Source of the DNA: Eledone cirrhosa | Taxonomy: Eukaryota | Assembly (NCBI GenBank): GCA_964016885.1 | Contig: OZ024766.1 | Coordinates: 6,076,001-6,140,000, forward strand | Direction: 5' to 3' | Length of the DNA stretch: 64,000 nucleotides | In this document: positions 1 to 19,946 of the stretch, piece after piece | Numbering within the stretch: position 1 is the first letter of the stretch | Layout of the letters: every line of letters starts with the position of its first letter | Translations under genes and position numbers: made by a program | The notes under the pieces: model-generated | Database searches by the model: none | Told to the model about the DNA's origin: nothing | What the model saw: only the letters and a program-made list of their open reading frames with translations

Positions 1-50
<50 letters not shown>

Positions 51-69
51 ATATATATGTATATATATG

Positions 70-100
<31 letters not shown>

Positions 101-149
101 GTATATGTATATATGTATATGTATATATATATATATGTATATATATATA

Positions 150-231
<82 letters not shown>

Positions 232-335
232 CCCAGTCAGAAGGATGTATATGATAGAGCCATCATAGTATATATAGTGTGTATAATTCACAGTATACAC
301 ACTCAAGCACAATACAGTGTATAAATATACATATA

Positions 336-381
<46 letters not shown>

Positions 382-399
382 AGTTTGTACGTGTGTATG

Positions 400-430
<31 letters not shown>

Positions 431-583
431 TTATTTGTATGTATATATGTATATATATATGTATATATATATGTATATATATATATATATATGTGTGTGT
501 AGGTATATGTATGAGGATGTTAAATGATGATGATATATACACATATATACATAAATATTAACATACATAATTACAAATATATG

Positions 584-650
<67 letters not shown>

Positions 651-785
651 GTATGTAGATAAATCTACCAAGAGTTTACGGTAGTGTCCAATCCGTATGA
701 AGAACTCAATGAACTTTTTTTGTTTAATATAAGGAACTGCTTCATTGTTTTATTCATTATTTTTTTAATATTTTATATATATATG

Positions 786-837
<52 letters not shown>

Positions 838-1619
838 CATACATTCTTTGGCTATCCGTAAGGAATTACTGATGATGATGGTGGTGGTGGTGGTGATGGT
901 TGTGGTTATGGTGGTGGTGGTGGTGGTATGGTGATGGTGGTGATGGTGGTGGTTGTGGTGATGATGGTGGTGGTGGTGGTGGTGGTGGTGGTGGTGGTGG
1001 TGATGGTTGTGGTGATGGTGGTGGTGGTATGGTGTTGATGGCGGTGGTGGTGGTGATGGTGATGGTGGTGTGATGGTGGTGGTGGTGATGGTGATGGTGG
1101 TGTGATGGTGGTGGTGGTGGTGATGGTATGGTGGTGATGGTGATGATGGTGGTGGTGGTGGTGGTGATGGTGATGGTGGTGGTGGTGATGGTGGTGGTGG
1201 TGGTGATGGTGATGGTGGTGGTTATGGTGGTGGTATGGTGGTGGTGATGGTGGTAATGATGATGTTGATGATGATGTTGATGGTGGTATGGTGGTGGTGG
1301 TGGTGGTGGTGGTATGGTGGTGATGGTTGTGATGGTGATGAAGAAAGCGATCATCATCATCATCATCATCATCATAATGATAAGCAACTGTAGTTAGTAG
1401 CGAAAGAAAGGAGAAGAAGAGCTGTACGAAGCACTCAACCCACCACAGGTTGTTGTGGACCCTATAAGAGGCTTTATAAGGGTTTAGGGCACGTGGAGGC
1501 CCACTTTCAAGGGTTCTAAAGGATTCGATTTTGGGAAAAATGTGTCAGGATCACATTTTTAACACAACATGCTTGAAAGAAGAGCTGCTTTCAATGTGAC
1601 AGGGTGTATATATATACAC

Positions 1620-1735
<116 letters not shown>

Positions 1736-1748
1736 GTATATATATATG

Positions 1749-1779
<31 letters not shown>

Positions 1780-1872
1780 GTATATATATATGTATATATA
1801 TATATATATGTATATATATATGTATATATATATATATGTATATATATATGTATATATATATATATGTATATA

Positions 1873-1948
<76 letters not shown>

Positions 1949-2003
1949 TATTTATACATATATATATATATGTATATAGATAGATAGATATATATAAAAG
2001 TCT

Positions 2004-2700
2004 AAAGTCTGTCTTAAGCCAGAAGGCTCATTTCACCGGTGCTTATCCCAGTTTCATTGGTGTTAAGTGACTGAGAGTACAAGACTTCCCCCTGGACAGG
2101 ACACCAGTCCATCACAGGGTTAAAGTCTGTCTTAGTTACATTGGTGTTAAGTGACTGAGAGTATAAGACTTCCCCCTGGACAGGACATCAGTCCATCACA
2201 GGGTTAAAGTCTGTCTTAGTTTCATTGGTGTTAAGTGACTGAGAGTACAAGACTTCCCCTTGGACAGGACACCAGTCCACCACAGGGTTAAAGTCTGTCT
2301 TAGTTTCATTGGTGTTAAGTGACTGACAGTACAAGACTTCCCCCTGGACAGGACACCAGTCCACCACAGGGTTAAAGTCTGTCTTAGTTTCATTGGTGTT
2401 AAGTGACTGAGAGTACAAGACTTCCCCCTGGACAGGACACCAGTCCATCACAGGGTTAAAGTCTGTCTTAGTTTCATTGGTGTTAAGTGACTGAGAGTAC
2501 AAGACTTCCCCCTGGACAGGACACCAGTCCATCACAGGGTTAAACCTCCAGCTATTGCTGGTACTCATTTTCAGCTGAGTATACTGGAGCAACGTGAAAT
2601 GAAGTGTCTTGCTCAAGGAAACAACACACAACCCAGGAATCGAACCCACGACATTAGGATCGTAAGTCCAACACCCTTACCACTAGGCCACGTGCCTCCA
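2004..2700 (-). mobile_element. tRNA-derived SINE with an internal 84-bp tandem amplification
   Basis: The head GGAGGCACGTGGCCTAGTGG...GGTTCGATTCC carries A and B boxes. It is followed by a CORE-like CCTTGAGCAAGACACTT and a 3' domain AACCCTGTGATGGACTGG. Confidence 0.85.
2051..2544. repeat. 84-bp tandem repeat, 6 copies
   Basis: Unit starts at 2051, 2135, 2219, 2303, 2387 and 2471. Confidence 0.95.
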
Positions 2701-2900
2701 CATATATATATATATATATAGACATACACATATATGGGTATTTATATATACATATATATTTACTTATACATGTATATATATATATATATATGTATATGTA
2801 TATGTGTATATACATGTGTATAGATATATATATATATATGTATATTTATATATATATATTAATGTATGTATATATACACATTCACTTACCAAGACACACA

Positions 2901-2972
<72 letters not shown>

Positions 2973-3106
2973 GAAGCTGGCAGTTTCATTTAGTTTATTG
3001 TGGAGGATGATGATGATGATGATGATGATGATTGTGATGATGAGGATGGTGGTGGGGATGAGGGCGGTACTCACAATGTTAATGACAAGAATGAGGGCTA
3101 TAAATC

Positions 3107-3161
<55 letters not shown>

Positions 3162-3172
3162 AATATATATAA

Positions 3173-3215
<43 letters not shown>

Positions 3216-3355
3216 TATATATTTATATATATATAAATATATATATTTATATATATATAAATATATATAAATATATATATATTTATATATATATAAATAT
3301 ATATAAATATATATATATTTATATATATATAAATATATATAAATATATATATATT

Positions 3356-3402
<47 letters not shown>

Positions 3403-3411
3403 ATAAATATA

Positions 3412-3474
<63 letters not shown>

Positions 3475-3481
3475 TAAATAT

Positions 3482-3518
<37 letters not shown>

Positions 3519-3616
3519 CATATATAAATATATATATATTATATATATTATATATATATATATATATAAATATATATATATTATATATATATATATATAT
3601 ATAAATATATATATAT

Positions 3617-3652
<36 letters not shown>

Positions 3653-3977
3653 CACACATTGAAACCATTGGCCATACTGGAGCAATGCTTCATTCTCTCG
3701 TTACATTTTTTTATCGTTTTCTTTTTTTTTTTTTTTTTTTTTTTTACATAATTATATTTTATGAAATTTTATTTAAAAAAAATTTTATTTTCAAATTTTT
3801 ATCCACATAAATTTTATCCACATTAATTAATTAATTAATTTATTTATTTATTAATCAATTATTAATTAACTTAGAAAGAAATTATTTAAAAAAAATTTAA
3901 AAACAAATGTTTATATCTGAACATAGGCTTTCTCCACACCTTTTTAAGTTCGTGTGTCAAAATGACAAGGTCATTTA

Positions 3978-4046
3978 CAGGGGTCGATAAAATAGTACCA
4001 GTAATACACTGGTGTAATTGCTGGCCTCGTGCCAAAAGTAGAAACA

Positions 4047-4050
<4 letters not shown>
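3978..4050 (+). mobile_element. SINE 3' fragment (Nin/Deu-domain-like) with a (TTA)n tail
   Basis: ggggtcgataaaatagtaccag...ggcctcgtgccaaaagtagaaac is homologous to the SINEs at 23036-23457. Confidence 0.6.
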
Positions 4051-4085
<35 letters not shown>

Positions 4086-4267
4086 GTTGTTGTTGTTGTT
4101 GTCAGGAATTGTTTATATTATGATCTTCTTGTTGGTTAATATGTTTCTTTTTCGTTTTGTTCTCCTTAAACCATCTTTGAAAACCCTTCGAGATACTACC
4201 TGGTGCCCCTATGACAATCGGGACCACCTTCGTCTCGTGACAGTCCCAGATCCTTTTAAAATTATTA

Positions 4268-4313
<46 letters not shown>

Positions 4314-4345
4314 CATTATTATTAAAAGATGGTTGTTGGTGTAGG

Positions 4346-4376
<31 letters not shown>

Positions 4377-4377
4377 G

Positions 4378-4522
4378 GAGTCTCAGTCATTAATGTTCTT
4401 TAAATGGAAAGTTTGTCCAAATGAATATCAAGCCGATACCTGCAGCAGCCTCATATATTCAGGACGTTTCGGAGGGTTCTTGCCGTTCCCAGCAAGCATG
4501 CCGTTTGAAATGTTCCCCCGCA
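4378..4522 (-). mobile_element. Short 3' end of an R4/Dong-like non-LTR retrotransposon
   Basis: Similar to 4745-4890 and 6205-6345, and flanked by (TAA)n. Confidence 0.75.
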
Positions 4523-4551
4523 AAAAAAGGGGGGGGGGGGCTGCACTATTA

Positions 4552-4591
<40 letters not shown>

Positions 4592-4610
4592 AAGATGGTT
4601 GTTGGTGTAG

Positions 4611-4648
<38 letters not shown>

Positions 4649-4744
4649 TATTTATTTTTATTTTTTCCGTCATTTGTGTCATTACGTTTTCTCAATATTG
4701 AAAATCATTAATATTATTATTATTATTATTATTATTGTTGTTCT

Positions 4745-5596
4745 TTGAGTCTCAGTCATTGATGTTAGTTAACTGGAAAGTTTGTTGAAATGAATATCAA
4801 GCAACTACCTGCAGCCTCAGATATTCAGGACGTATCGGAGGGTTCTTGCTGTTCCCAGCAAGCATGCCTTTTGAAGTGTTCCAAAAAGCGTGGCGGGGCC
4901 AATTTTCTTTAACCATCCCTGGAAACTCTTTGAGATAGTACCTAGTGCTCCTATGACAATCGGGACCACTTAGACTTCATGGCAGTTCCAAATCATTTTC
5001 ACCTCCCACTTTAGGTCCTGGTATCGGTTAATTTTCTCCCTCTCCTTTTCTTGCACTCTCGTGTCGAATGGGCAGGCCACATCCACAATCAGACACAATC
5101 TTTTTTCCTTGCCCAAAACCACCAGGTCAGGTCTATTGTGTTCCAGTTTCTTGTCCGTCTGTATCCTAAAATCCCACAGCACCTTCACCTGATTGTTCTC
5201 CGTCACCGCCTCTGGCCTATGCTCATACTACTTCTCAGAATGTGGTAAATTGTTTACTTTGCACAGGTGCCAGTGGATCACCCTGCCCATCACATCATGT
5301 CTCCAGCCCTTATAGTGAGTCTGGGCTAGGTGTTTACACTCGGACACAATGTGAGCCACAGTCTCCTCTCTCTCTCTCCACAGATCCTGCACAGTGGGCT
5401 AGCCTCCTCCTTGTAAATATGGTGTTTCAACCACTTCGTTTTGAGGGCCTGCTCTTGGGCAGCCATTAGCATTCCTTCTGTAGACTTTTTAAGGTCTCCT
5501 CTTTTCAACCAGTTCCATGTCTGTGGATCTCTGAATTCAGTTTTCTCAAAGAAGGTACTATGAAGGGATTCTCTTCATGAAGGCTTCTCTTTCTCC
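4745..5596 (-). mobile_element. 5'-truncated R4/Dong-like LINE (CCHC finger plus restriction-like endonuclease), frameshifted
   Basis: ORF pieces include STEGMLMAAQEQALKT..CRICG and VLWDFRIQTDKKLEHNRPDLVV..LIVDVACPFD..EKINRYQDLKWEV (PD..D RLE motif). It ends in a (TAA)n tail. Confidence 0.88.
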
Positions 5597-5614
5597 TTGT
5601 TGTTATTTCCTCTA

Positions 5615-5654
<40 letters not shown>

Positions 5655-5703
5655 TAAAATATGGTTGTTGCAGGTGTAGTTATTATCATTCGTATTTTTC
5701 GTA

Positions 5704-5756
<53 letters not shown>

Positions 5757-5789
5757 AGCTGCATTTATCTTGCTTTATGTTCATACGAG

Positions 5790-6166
5790 TTATCACCAAG
5801 ACACAACCAGTGACCTCAAGAGACAACAAGGTCCGCCATGTTCAAGAAAGAACATACATACTCACACATGCATCTTTAGGTGTTTAGACTTGTGATGTAC
5901 TTATATTGACAGAACCTTCCTTAGTATATGGCCAGTTCCCATTAGTACTATCTTTTGTATTTCTCCTATACGCGGGTTTCCTGGGATTTGCGATAAGTAA
6001 TCATTAGACCCCTTAGGTATCATTCCTAGAGCGCCTACCACCACTGGTATTGTTTTAGTTCTCAATTTCCACATTTTTCCAATTTCTATCTCCAGGTCCT
6101 TATACTTGCTCAATTTTTCAAATGTTTTTATAGATACATTCTTGTCTATTGGAACGGACATATCAA
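5790..6166 (-). mobile_element. 3' end of a second R4/Dong-like LINE subfamily
   Basis: IDMSVPIDKNVSIKTFEKLSKYKDLEIEIGKMW...PVVVGALG...IQKIVLMGTGHILRKVL. Confidence 0.85.
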
Positions 6167-6202
6167 TAATTATTATTATTATTATTATTGTTGTTATTCC
6201 TT

Positions 6203-6602
6203 GAATCTCAGTCATTGATGTTGGTTAACTGGAAAGTCCGTTGGAATGAATATCAAGCCACTACCTGCAGCCTCAGATATTCAGGACGTATCGGAGGGTT
6301 CTTGCTGTTCCCAGCAAGCATGCCTTTTGAAGCGTTCCAAAAAGCGTGAAGGGGCCGATTTTCTTTAACCATCCCTGGAAACTTTTGGAGATAGTCCCCA
6401 GTGCGCCTATGACAATCGGGATCACTTTGACTTCATGGCAGTTCCAAATCCTTTTCACCTCCCACTTTAGGTCCTGGTATCGGTTAATTTTCTCCCTCTC
6501 CTTCTCTTGCACTCTCGTGTCAAAAGGGCAGGCCACATCCACAATCAGACACGATCTTATTTCTTTGTCCACAACCACCAGGTCAGGTCCATTGTGTTCC
6601 AG

Positions 6603-6608
<6 letters not shown>
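6203..6608 (-). mobile_element. 3' end of an R4/Dong-like LINE, same family as 4745-5596
   Basis: KKLEHNGPDLVVVDK..DVACPFD..VIPIVIGALG..LQKACLLGTARTLRYVLNI, flanked by (TAA)n. Confidence 0.88.
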
Positions 6609-6660
<52 letters not shown>

Positions 6661-6844
6661 GTTGTTGTTAATATCATCAAGATTCATGTGCGTGAAATAT
6701 TAACGGTACTACTCAGCATTAGCAGTTAATATTGTAGTTCCCACGATATATTTTATATATAGGCGTATTTATACATACATACATACGTATACACGCATGC
6801 ATACGTGGTGTAGATTGTTCACCTTGGACACACATATGTGTTGT

Positions 6845-13060
<6,216 letters not shown>

Positions 13061-13080
13061 AACAAATTAATTATGAAAAA

Positions 13081-13200
13081 TCGGAGTTATGAGTGTCACT
13101 CGGGGTTATGAGTGTCACTCGGAGTTATGAGAGTGACTCGGAGTTATGAGTGTGACTCGGTGATATGAGTGTCACTCGGTGATATGAGTGTGACTCAGAG
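13081..13200. repeat. 19-bp minisatellite, about 6 copies
   Basis: Unit cggagttatgagtgtcact, containing the palindrome gagtg-t-cactc. Confidence 0.85.
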
Positions 13201-13269
13201 TCGAGTAAGGAACTCTAGAAGCAACAGATGTAATCCTCGTTAACATCAATGAATTAGTAAGGCATTGAA

Positions 13270-14885
13270 CGATTGAGTGAAGGGTGGTTTTGAGTGAAGG
13301 GGGGATTGAGTGAAGGGAGGCCTAGAGCGAAGGAGGGATTGAGTAAAGGGAAGCTTTGAGTGAAGGGAGTCTTTGAGTGAAGGAGGGATTGCGTAAAGGG
13401 AAGCTTTGAGTGAAGGGAGTCTTTGAGTGAAGGAGGGATTGAGTAAAGGGAAGCTTTGAGTGAAGGAGGGATTGAGTGAAGGGAAGCTTTGAGTGAAGGA
13501 GGGATTAAGTAAAGGGAAGCTTTGAGTGAAGGAGAGATTGAGTAAAGGGAAGCTTTGAGTGAAGGAGGGATTGAGTGAAGGGTAGCTTTGAGTGAAGGAG
13601 GGATTGAGTGAAGGGACGATGATTTTTGAGCAAAGGAGGAATTGTGGGAGAGAGATTGGGTGAGTTTGGGTTTAAGTGAGAGAAAGATTGAATGAGGGTT
13701 ACTTTGAGTGAGGGAGGGATTGACTGATGGAGGGATTGTATAGGGTCAGTTTGAGTGAGGGAAGGAATTTTGCGACCAAAATAATTTAGCGATAGAGTGA
13801 AAATATTGAGTGTAGGGAGGGGTTGGGGTTAGGATTGAGTGAGGATATTAAGTATGAGAACTACTGAGTGTGGACGCTGAGTGAGGTGTGAGAATGTTGA
13901 GTGTGGGCATTGAATGTGAGTACCGAGTGTGGGCATTGAGTGTGTGAGTACTGAGTGTGAGTGATGGGCGTGAGTACTGAGTGTGAGTGATGGGCATGAG
14001 TACTGAGTGTGAGTGATGGGCGTGAGTACTGAGTGTGAGTGATGGACGTGAGTACTGTGTGAGTGGTGAGTGGGACTTATGAATGTGATTAAAGAATGGG
14101 AGAATTGGATGTATCGAGTGTGAGTGATGACTGAGTGGCGAGTGATGCATATGAGTGTCAGTGAGAATGGCAAGTGTGAGTGGCGAGTGACGAGTGGTGA
14201 GTGGCGAGTGGTGAGTGGCGAGTGACGAGTGATGAGTGGTGAATGAAGAGTGGCGAGTGATGAGTGGTGAGTGACGAGTGACGAGTGATGAGTGACGAGT
14301 GATGAGTGGTGAATGAATAGTGATGAGTGACGAGTGATGAGTGGTGAGTGATGAGTGGTGAGTGACGAGTGGTGAATGACGAGTGGTGAGTGATGAGTGA
14401 CGAGTGATGAGTGGTGAATGAATAGTGATGAGTGATGAGTGATGAGTGGTGAGTGACGAGTGATGAGTGACGAGTGATGAGTGGTGAATGAATAGTGATG
14501 AGTGATGAGTGGTGAGTGACGAGTGGTGAATGACGAGTGACGAGTGGTGAGTGACGAGTGATGAGTGACGAGTGATGAGTGGTGAATGAATAGTGATGAG
14601 TGACGAGTGGTGAGTGACGAGTGGTGAATGACGAGTGACGAGTGGTGAGTGACGAGTGACGAGTGATGAGTGGTGAATGAATAGTGATGAGTGACGAGTG
14701 GTGAGTGACGAGTGATGAGTGGTGAGTGACGAGTGGTGAATGACGAGTGGTGAGTGACGAGTGACGAGTGATGAGTGGTGAATGAATAGTGATGAGTGAC
14801 GAGTGGTGAGTGACGAGTGATGAGTGGTGAATGAATAGTGGTGAGTGACGAGTGACGAGTGGGGAGTGACGAGTGGTGAGTGAGA
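13270..14885. repeat. GAGTG-based compound minisatellite block
   Basis: 16-17-bp gagtgaaggagggatt/gagtaaagggaagcttt units (13270-13620), 25-bp gagtactgagtgtgagtgatgggc units (~13945-14060), then 7-mer gagtgac/gagtgat/gagtggt units (14170-14885). Confidence 0.85.
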
Positions 14886-14901
14886 CATGGCTAGAATGGA
14901 G

Positions 14902-14916
14902 CCACAAGATGGCGAC
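14902..14916 (+). promoter_or_regulatory. CTCF/YY1-like motif
   Basis: CCACAAGATGGCGAC, with an AP-1 TGAGTCA at 14973-79. Confidence 0.35.
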
Positions 14917-15032
14917 TGATGGCAATGAAAGCAGCGAAGCGTGAGGGGGGGGGGGAAGCGATCGTCGAGATGTGAGTCAAAACTTCCTCCTGGACAGGTC
15001 ACCAGAGTATATCACAGTTAACAATCCCACAC

Positions 15033-15072
<40 letters not shown>

Positions 15073-15271
15073 ATATATGTATATATATCATCATCATCAT
15101 CATCATCATTTTTAAAGGGGAGAAGAAAAATCCTGTGTAAAAATAACAACAACAACAACAGTAATAACAGTAACAAGATGATGATGGTGATGGTGATGGT
15201 GGTGATGATGATGGGGTGGGGAAGAAGGATGAGTTGGACCTTCGTATTTATTGTTGTAGTTGTTGTTGTGA

Positions 15272-15304
<33 letters not shown>

Positions 15305-15351
15305 TATATACATATATACCAAAATTGGGTGTAAGCATTATACATACATCA

Positions 15352-15392
<41 letters not shown>

Positions 15393-15428
15393 TACATCAA
15401 TACATCACTTCAAAATTAAACATAAATC

Positions 15429-15466
<38 letters not shown>

Positions 15467-15500
15467 TAAAAAGCATTTATATTATATTATATACATATAT

Positions 15501-15556
<56 letters not shown>

Positions 15557-15629
15557 CTGTACCATTAAAATCATGGTAAATGGGTGAAAAAAAAATGTAT
15601 AATATACAAATTCTTATATACATATATGT

Positions 15630-15704
<75 letters not shown>

Positions 15705-15765
15705 TTCACATATACAATCACAAAGTTTTGTCTTTAAATTAAAATTAAATTAGATATGTATAATG

Positions 15766-15814
<49 letters not shown>

Positions 15815-15974
15815 CATATATAGAAAAAATATATAAGAAATATATATATGTAAATATATACATACATGTACATGTATGTATATATTTGTGTGTAAAATTT
15901 TGTAGCAGATAAAGACAGCGGAAATATAAGATTTATATATTTTTTTCTCTTGTTGCTGGTTAATTCTCGTAATA

Positions 15975-16020
<46 letters not shown>

Positions 16021-16201
16021 GGTCATATAATCACCCCTCCCCCTGCCCCCTTTTTTTTCATATCTCTCTTTCTTTCTCCCAAATACCCCCCCCCCAATAT
16101 CTTGGCACATCCCCACAAAGTCATTGTTAGTTGGGTGTGTATATATATATATATATATTTAATATATGTATTGATAATATATATATATCATTATATATAT
16201 C

Positions 16202-16250
<49 letters not shown>

Positions 16251-16282
16251 ATATATTTATATATATATATATATTTATATAT

Positions 16283-16340
16283 CAAGGGCGGTGCCCCAGC
16301 ATGGCCTCAGCCGGATGGCTGAAACAGGTAAAAGAGAACA
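16283..16340 (+). mobile_element. SINE 3'-tail fragment
   Basis: ggcggtgccccagcatggcctcagccggatggctgaaacaggtaaaagag. A reverse-complement homologue lies at 59012-59064. Confidence 0.6.
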
Positions 16341-16365
16341 TATATATATTTATATATATATATTT

Positions 16366-16441
<76 letters not shown>

Positions 16442-16580
16442 GAATATATATATATATGAATATATATATATATATATATTTATATGAATATATATATATA
16501 TGAATATATATATATATGAATATATATATATATATATATATATGAATATATATATTTATATATATATTTATATATATATA

Positions 16581-16630
<50 letters not shown>

Positions 16631-17442
16631 ATATATATATATATCTATCAAAAACAGTTTGCGTATGCAACATACCAATCAGTTAATAATGGTGCAATTC
16701 GATATAAGCAATCAACGTCATGTATTTTCTTCCAAATATGATTTGTCAGTAGATATGACAAATACTGGATCTTCTAGTCTCAACAAGGACCTTAGAAAGA
16801 CACTGCTTTCCTGTGTATATATATACAATGCCCTAAACGGCAGTCTTTTGTCAGAGAGCAATTTATGATACAAGGTCTATATTATTCAACATACTTGTTC
16901 CCTGTCCCAGTTTTTAGGGGTAGCAATCCTAAATCTGATATGACAGACAATTAGAATTATCATTATGTTGTAACCCCTTTTTATTCCGTTGGTATTTCGT
17001 AGGGTTGCTGTTCACCCGAAGAGAAAAAAATTAGAGGGGTGAGGGAAGTGTTGCACTTCAAAATAGTTTGTTGCAATGTAGATGAGATAGTGGGTAACAT
17101 AGCCCGAATGAAAGGGGCCCACTCTGAGTAAACATGCACCTTTAGATGGGAAGGACAAGGAAGGGTCCATTTGCCCCAGCGATCAGGGTGACAGTGGCTT
17201 TCTTTGGGCTTTTTTGCGGGCTTTTTTCCTGCCCCCAATTAAGGAAATCGCTTTAGTTTATTCGATTTTACAATGTATATTTTACCCCCCCCCCACACCA
17301 ATAAAAAGCCACACTGTGCCAACCTGGGTCGCCTCTATTGTTTGCTTATTGTCAGCCCTTTGTGGCTAATAAAGAAACAATTATTACTTTTTTTTTTGTT
17401 TCCAAATTCCGTTGTTCCAACCTTTTTCTCTCTGAACTCCTC

Positions 17443-17488
17443 TTTTACCGAAGAAGGACTTACGCCCGACACGTCGAAACCCTCTTCT
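17443..17488 (+). ncRNA. Degenerate hammerhead relic of the same family as 50013-50048
   Basis: CCGAAGAAGGACTTACGCCCGACACGTCGAAACCCTCTTC aligns with CTGATGAAGGACTAGCATCCGAAACGTTAAGACCCTCTTC. Core substitutions (CUG>CCG, GAAA>GACA) suggest it is inactive. Confidence 0.5.
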
Positions 17489-17537
17489 ACTTTTTCCTAA
17501 ACATGAAACGAATCGGACTTTGTGTTTTAGCATCTTT

Positions 17538-17629
<92 letters not shown>

Positions 17630-17821
17630 TATATATATATAGAGAGAGATAGAGAGATAATAGAAGAAAAAGGGAAATATATATGTATATATATTATTTA
17701 TATGAATGAATGTATAAATGTAGACAAAGTTATATATGTATATTTAAGGGTGTGCGTATATATATTCATAGAAATATATATCGAGAGAAGAGATATTTGG
17801 ACATGAAAACATACATGTGTG

Positions 17822-17930
<109 letters not shown>

Positions 17931-18087
17931 GTGTGTATATATTTTGTTAAACAGCGACCTTTATTAATGCTCACCAACTAACGCTGATATATTAACATAT
18001 ATATATATATATATATATAATTATGTGCATGGCAGATTTGTGCGTCTGTATGCAGTTGTGCTTGTATGTGTGCGTGTGTATATATAT

Positions 18088-18127
<40 letters not shown>

Positions 18128-18178
18128 GTATGATATATATGTATAAATATATTTAAACATATATTTTATTATATATAT

Positions 18179-18210
<32 letters not shown>

Positions 18211-18415
18211 TGGTATGATATATATGTATAAATATATTTAAACATATATTTTATTATATATATATATATATATCGTAAAAAAACATATATAAGTATGTAT
18301 ATTTAAAAGAAATCCTCTTGATCGGCTGCTAATGGCAGCCATTTTGTCACAACGTTTTTTAAAAAAATGTTATCTTGTTTTAACTCCGCTAAAGAATAGA
18401 ATGTAAAATTACATT

Positions 18416-18462
<47 letters not shown>

Positions 18463-18710
18463 TATATATATATATATATATCGTATATATTTATATGTAT
18501 ACAATATATTATGTATATATATATTTGTATATTGTTTAAATGGTTTAAATATAAATAAATTCGATTTAAAGACATATATACAGTCTCTCTGACACTCAAG
18601 TTTGTTTGTATATATATACACAATACACACATACACATATATATATGTATATATACATTTAGATACATATATATACATATATGTATATTTATATTTACAC
18701 ACACACACAC

Positions 18711-18763
<53 letters not shown>

Positions 18764-19091
18764 TAATATAAAATCAAGTTTTTTGTGGAAATGAGAGACA
18801 GTGATAGAGAGAGAGAGAGAGAGTGTATGATATTTAAAATAGATATAAATAAATATTATGTTTTTTCTTTAAAAAACGGGCGAGGAATAGCAAACGACAT
18901 GACGTCCGCCATTTTGCTTGTCTTGTCAAAAGGGGGAAAATGGTGAACGTGATGATGTTTTGCAGGATTTCGTTAGTTTTTTTTCTTTTGAAAATCGCAA
19001 CAGGAATTGTAAAAAACCTCTCAATGTTTGTTACATCATATTTCGTTTAGGTTGTGTGCGTGTAGGATATATATATATATATACATGTATA

Positions 19092-19132
<41 letters not shown>

Positions 19133-19492
19133 ATTATTATTATTATTACGGAAAAATCACATTTTAATAAATAAACCGATGTCTCGTCTTTTGGGGTTCG
19201 TTTTTATCATCATCATTATTATTATTTTCTTTTCGGAGAGGTGTAAGACCAAGGGGAGATCAATCAGACAAAAAAAGGGGGCGCTAGATGCTTGGTGGAG
19301 GAGAGAGGATGGCTCCACTGTCGTGAATAGATTAAAGGGGTTTTCAAATATTATATGTTTATACGTGAAATATTATTTAAGATCAGCAAAATGTCTTTTT
19401 TTTTTTTTGAAATCGCTTAAAAAAAATGTCAAATTTTCGTCGACAAGAAAATGAAAATAAATAAAAATAAATATAAAAATCGTCTGCTTTCT

Positions 19493-19555
<63 letters not shown>

Positions 19556-19620
19556 AAATATTGTATATATGTTTATCTATATATACATATATAAATAATA
19601 TTATATACATATAATATTGT

Positions 19621-19659
<39 letters not shown>

Positions 19660-19724
19660 AAATATTGTATATATGTTTATCTATATATACATATATAAAT
19701 AATATTATATATATATAATATTGT

Positions 19725-19793
<69 letters not shown>

Positions 19794-19896
19794 AACTGTT
19801 TTGTGTTAATTTTCTGTCTGTCTGTCTGTCTTTCTTTGTCTTTTATTTATTTATTATTTCATTATTTTTAAATTGGCTCTCATTTTCGTTTTTCGT

Positions 19897-19946
<50 letters not shown>

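Noticed and set aside
866-1387. His/Pro/Thr-rich ORF (also 45006-47059)
   Set aside because: (GGT/GAT)n satellite with no non-repetitive coding content.
13848-15002. His/Ser/Thr-rich ORFs of 384 and 255 aa
   Set aside because: These are translations of a 7-bp satellite that is open in multiple frames.
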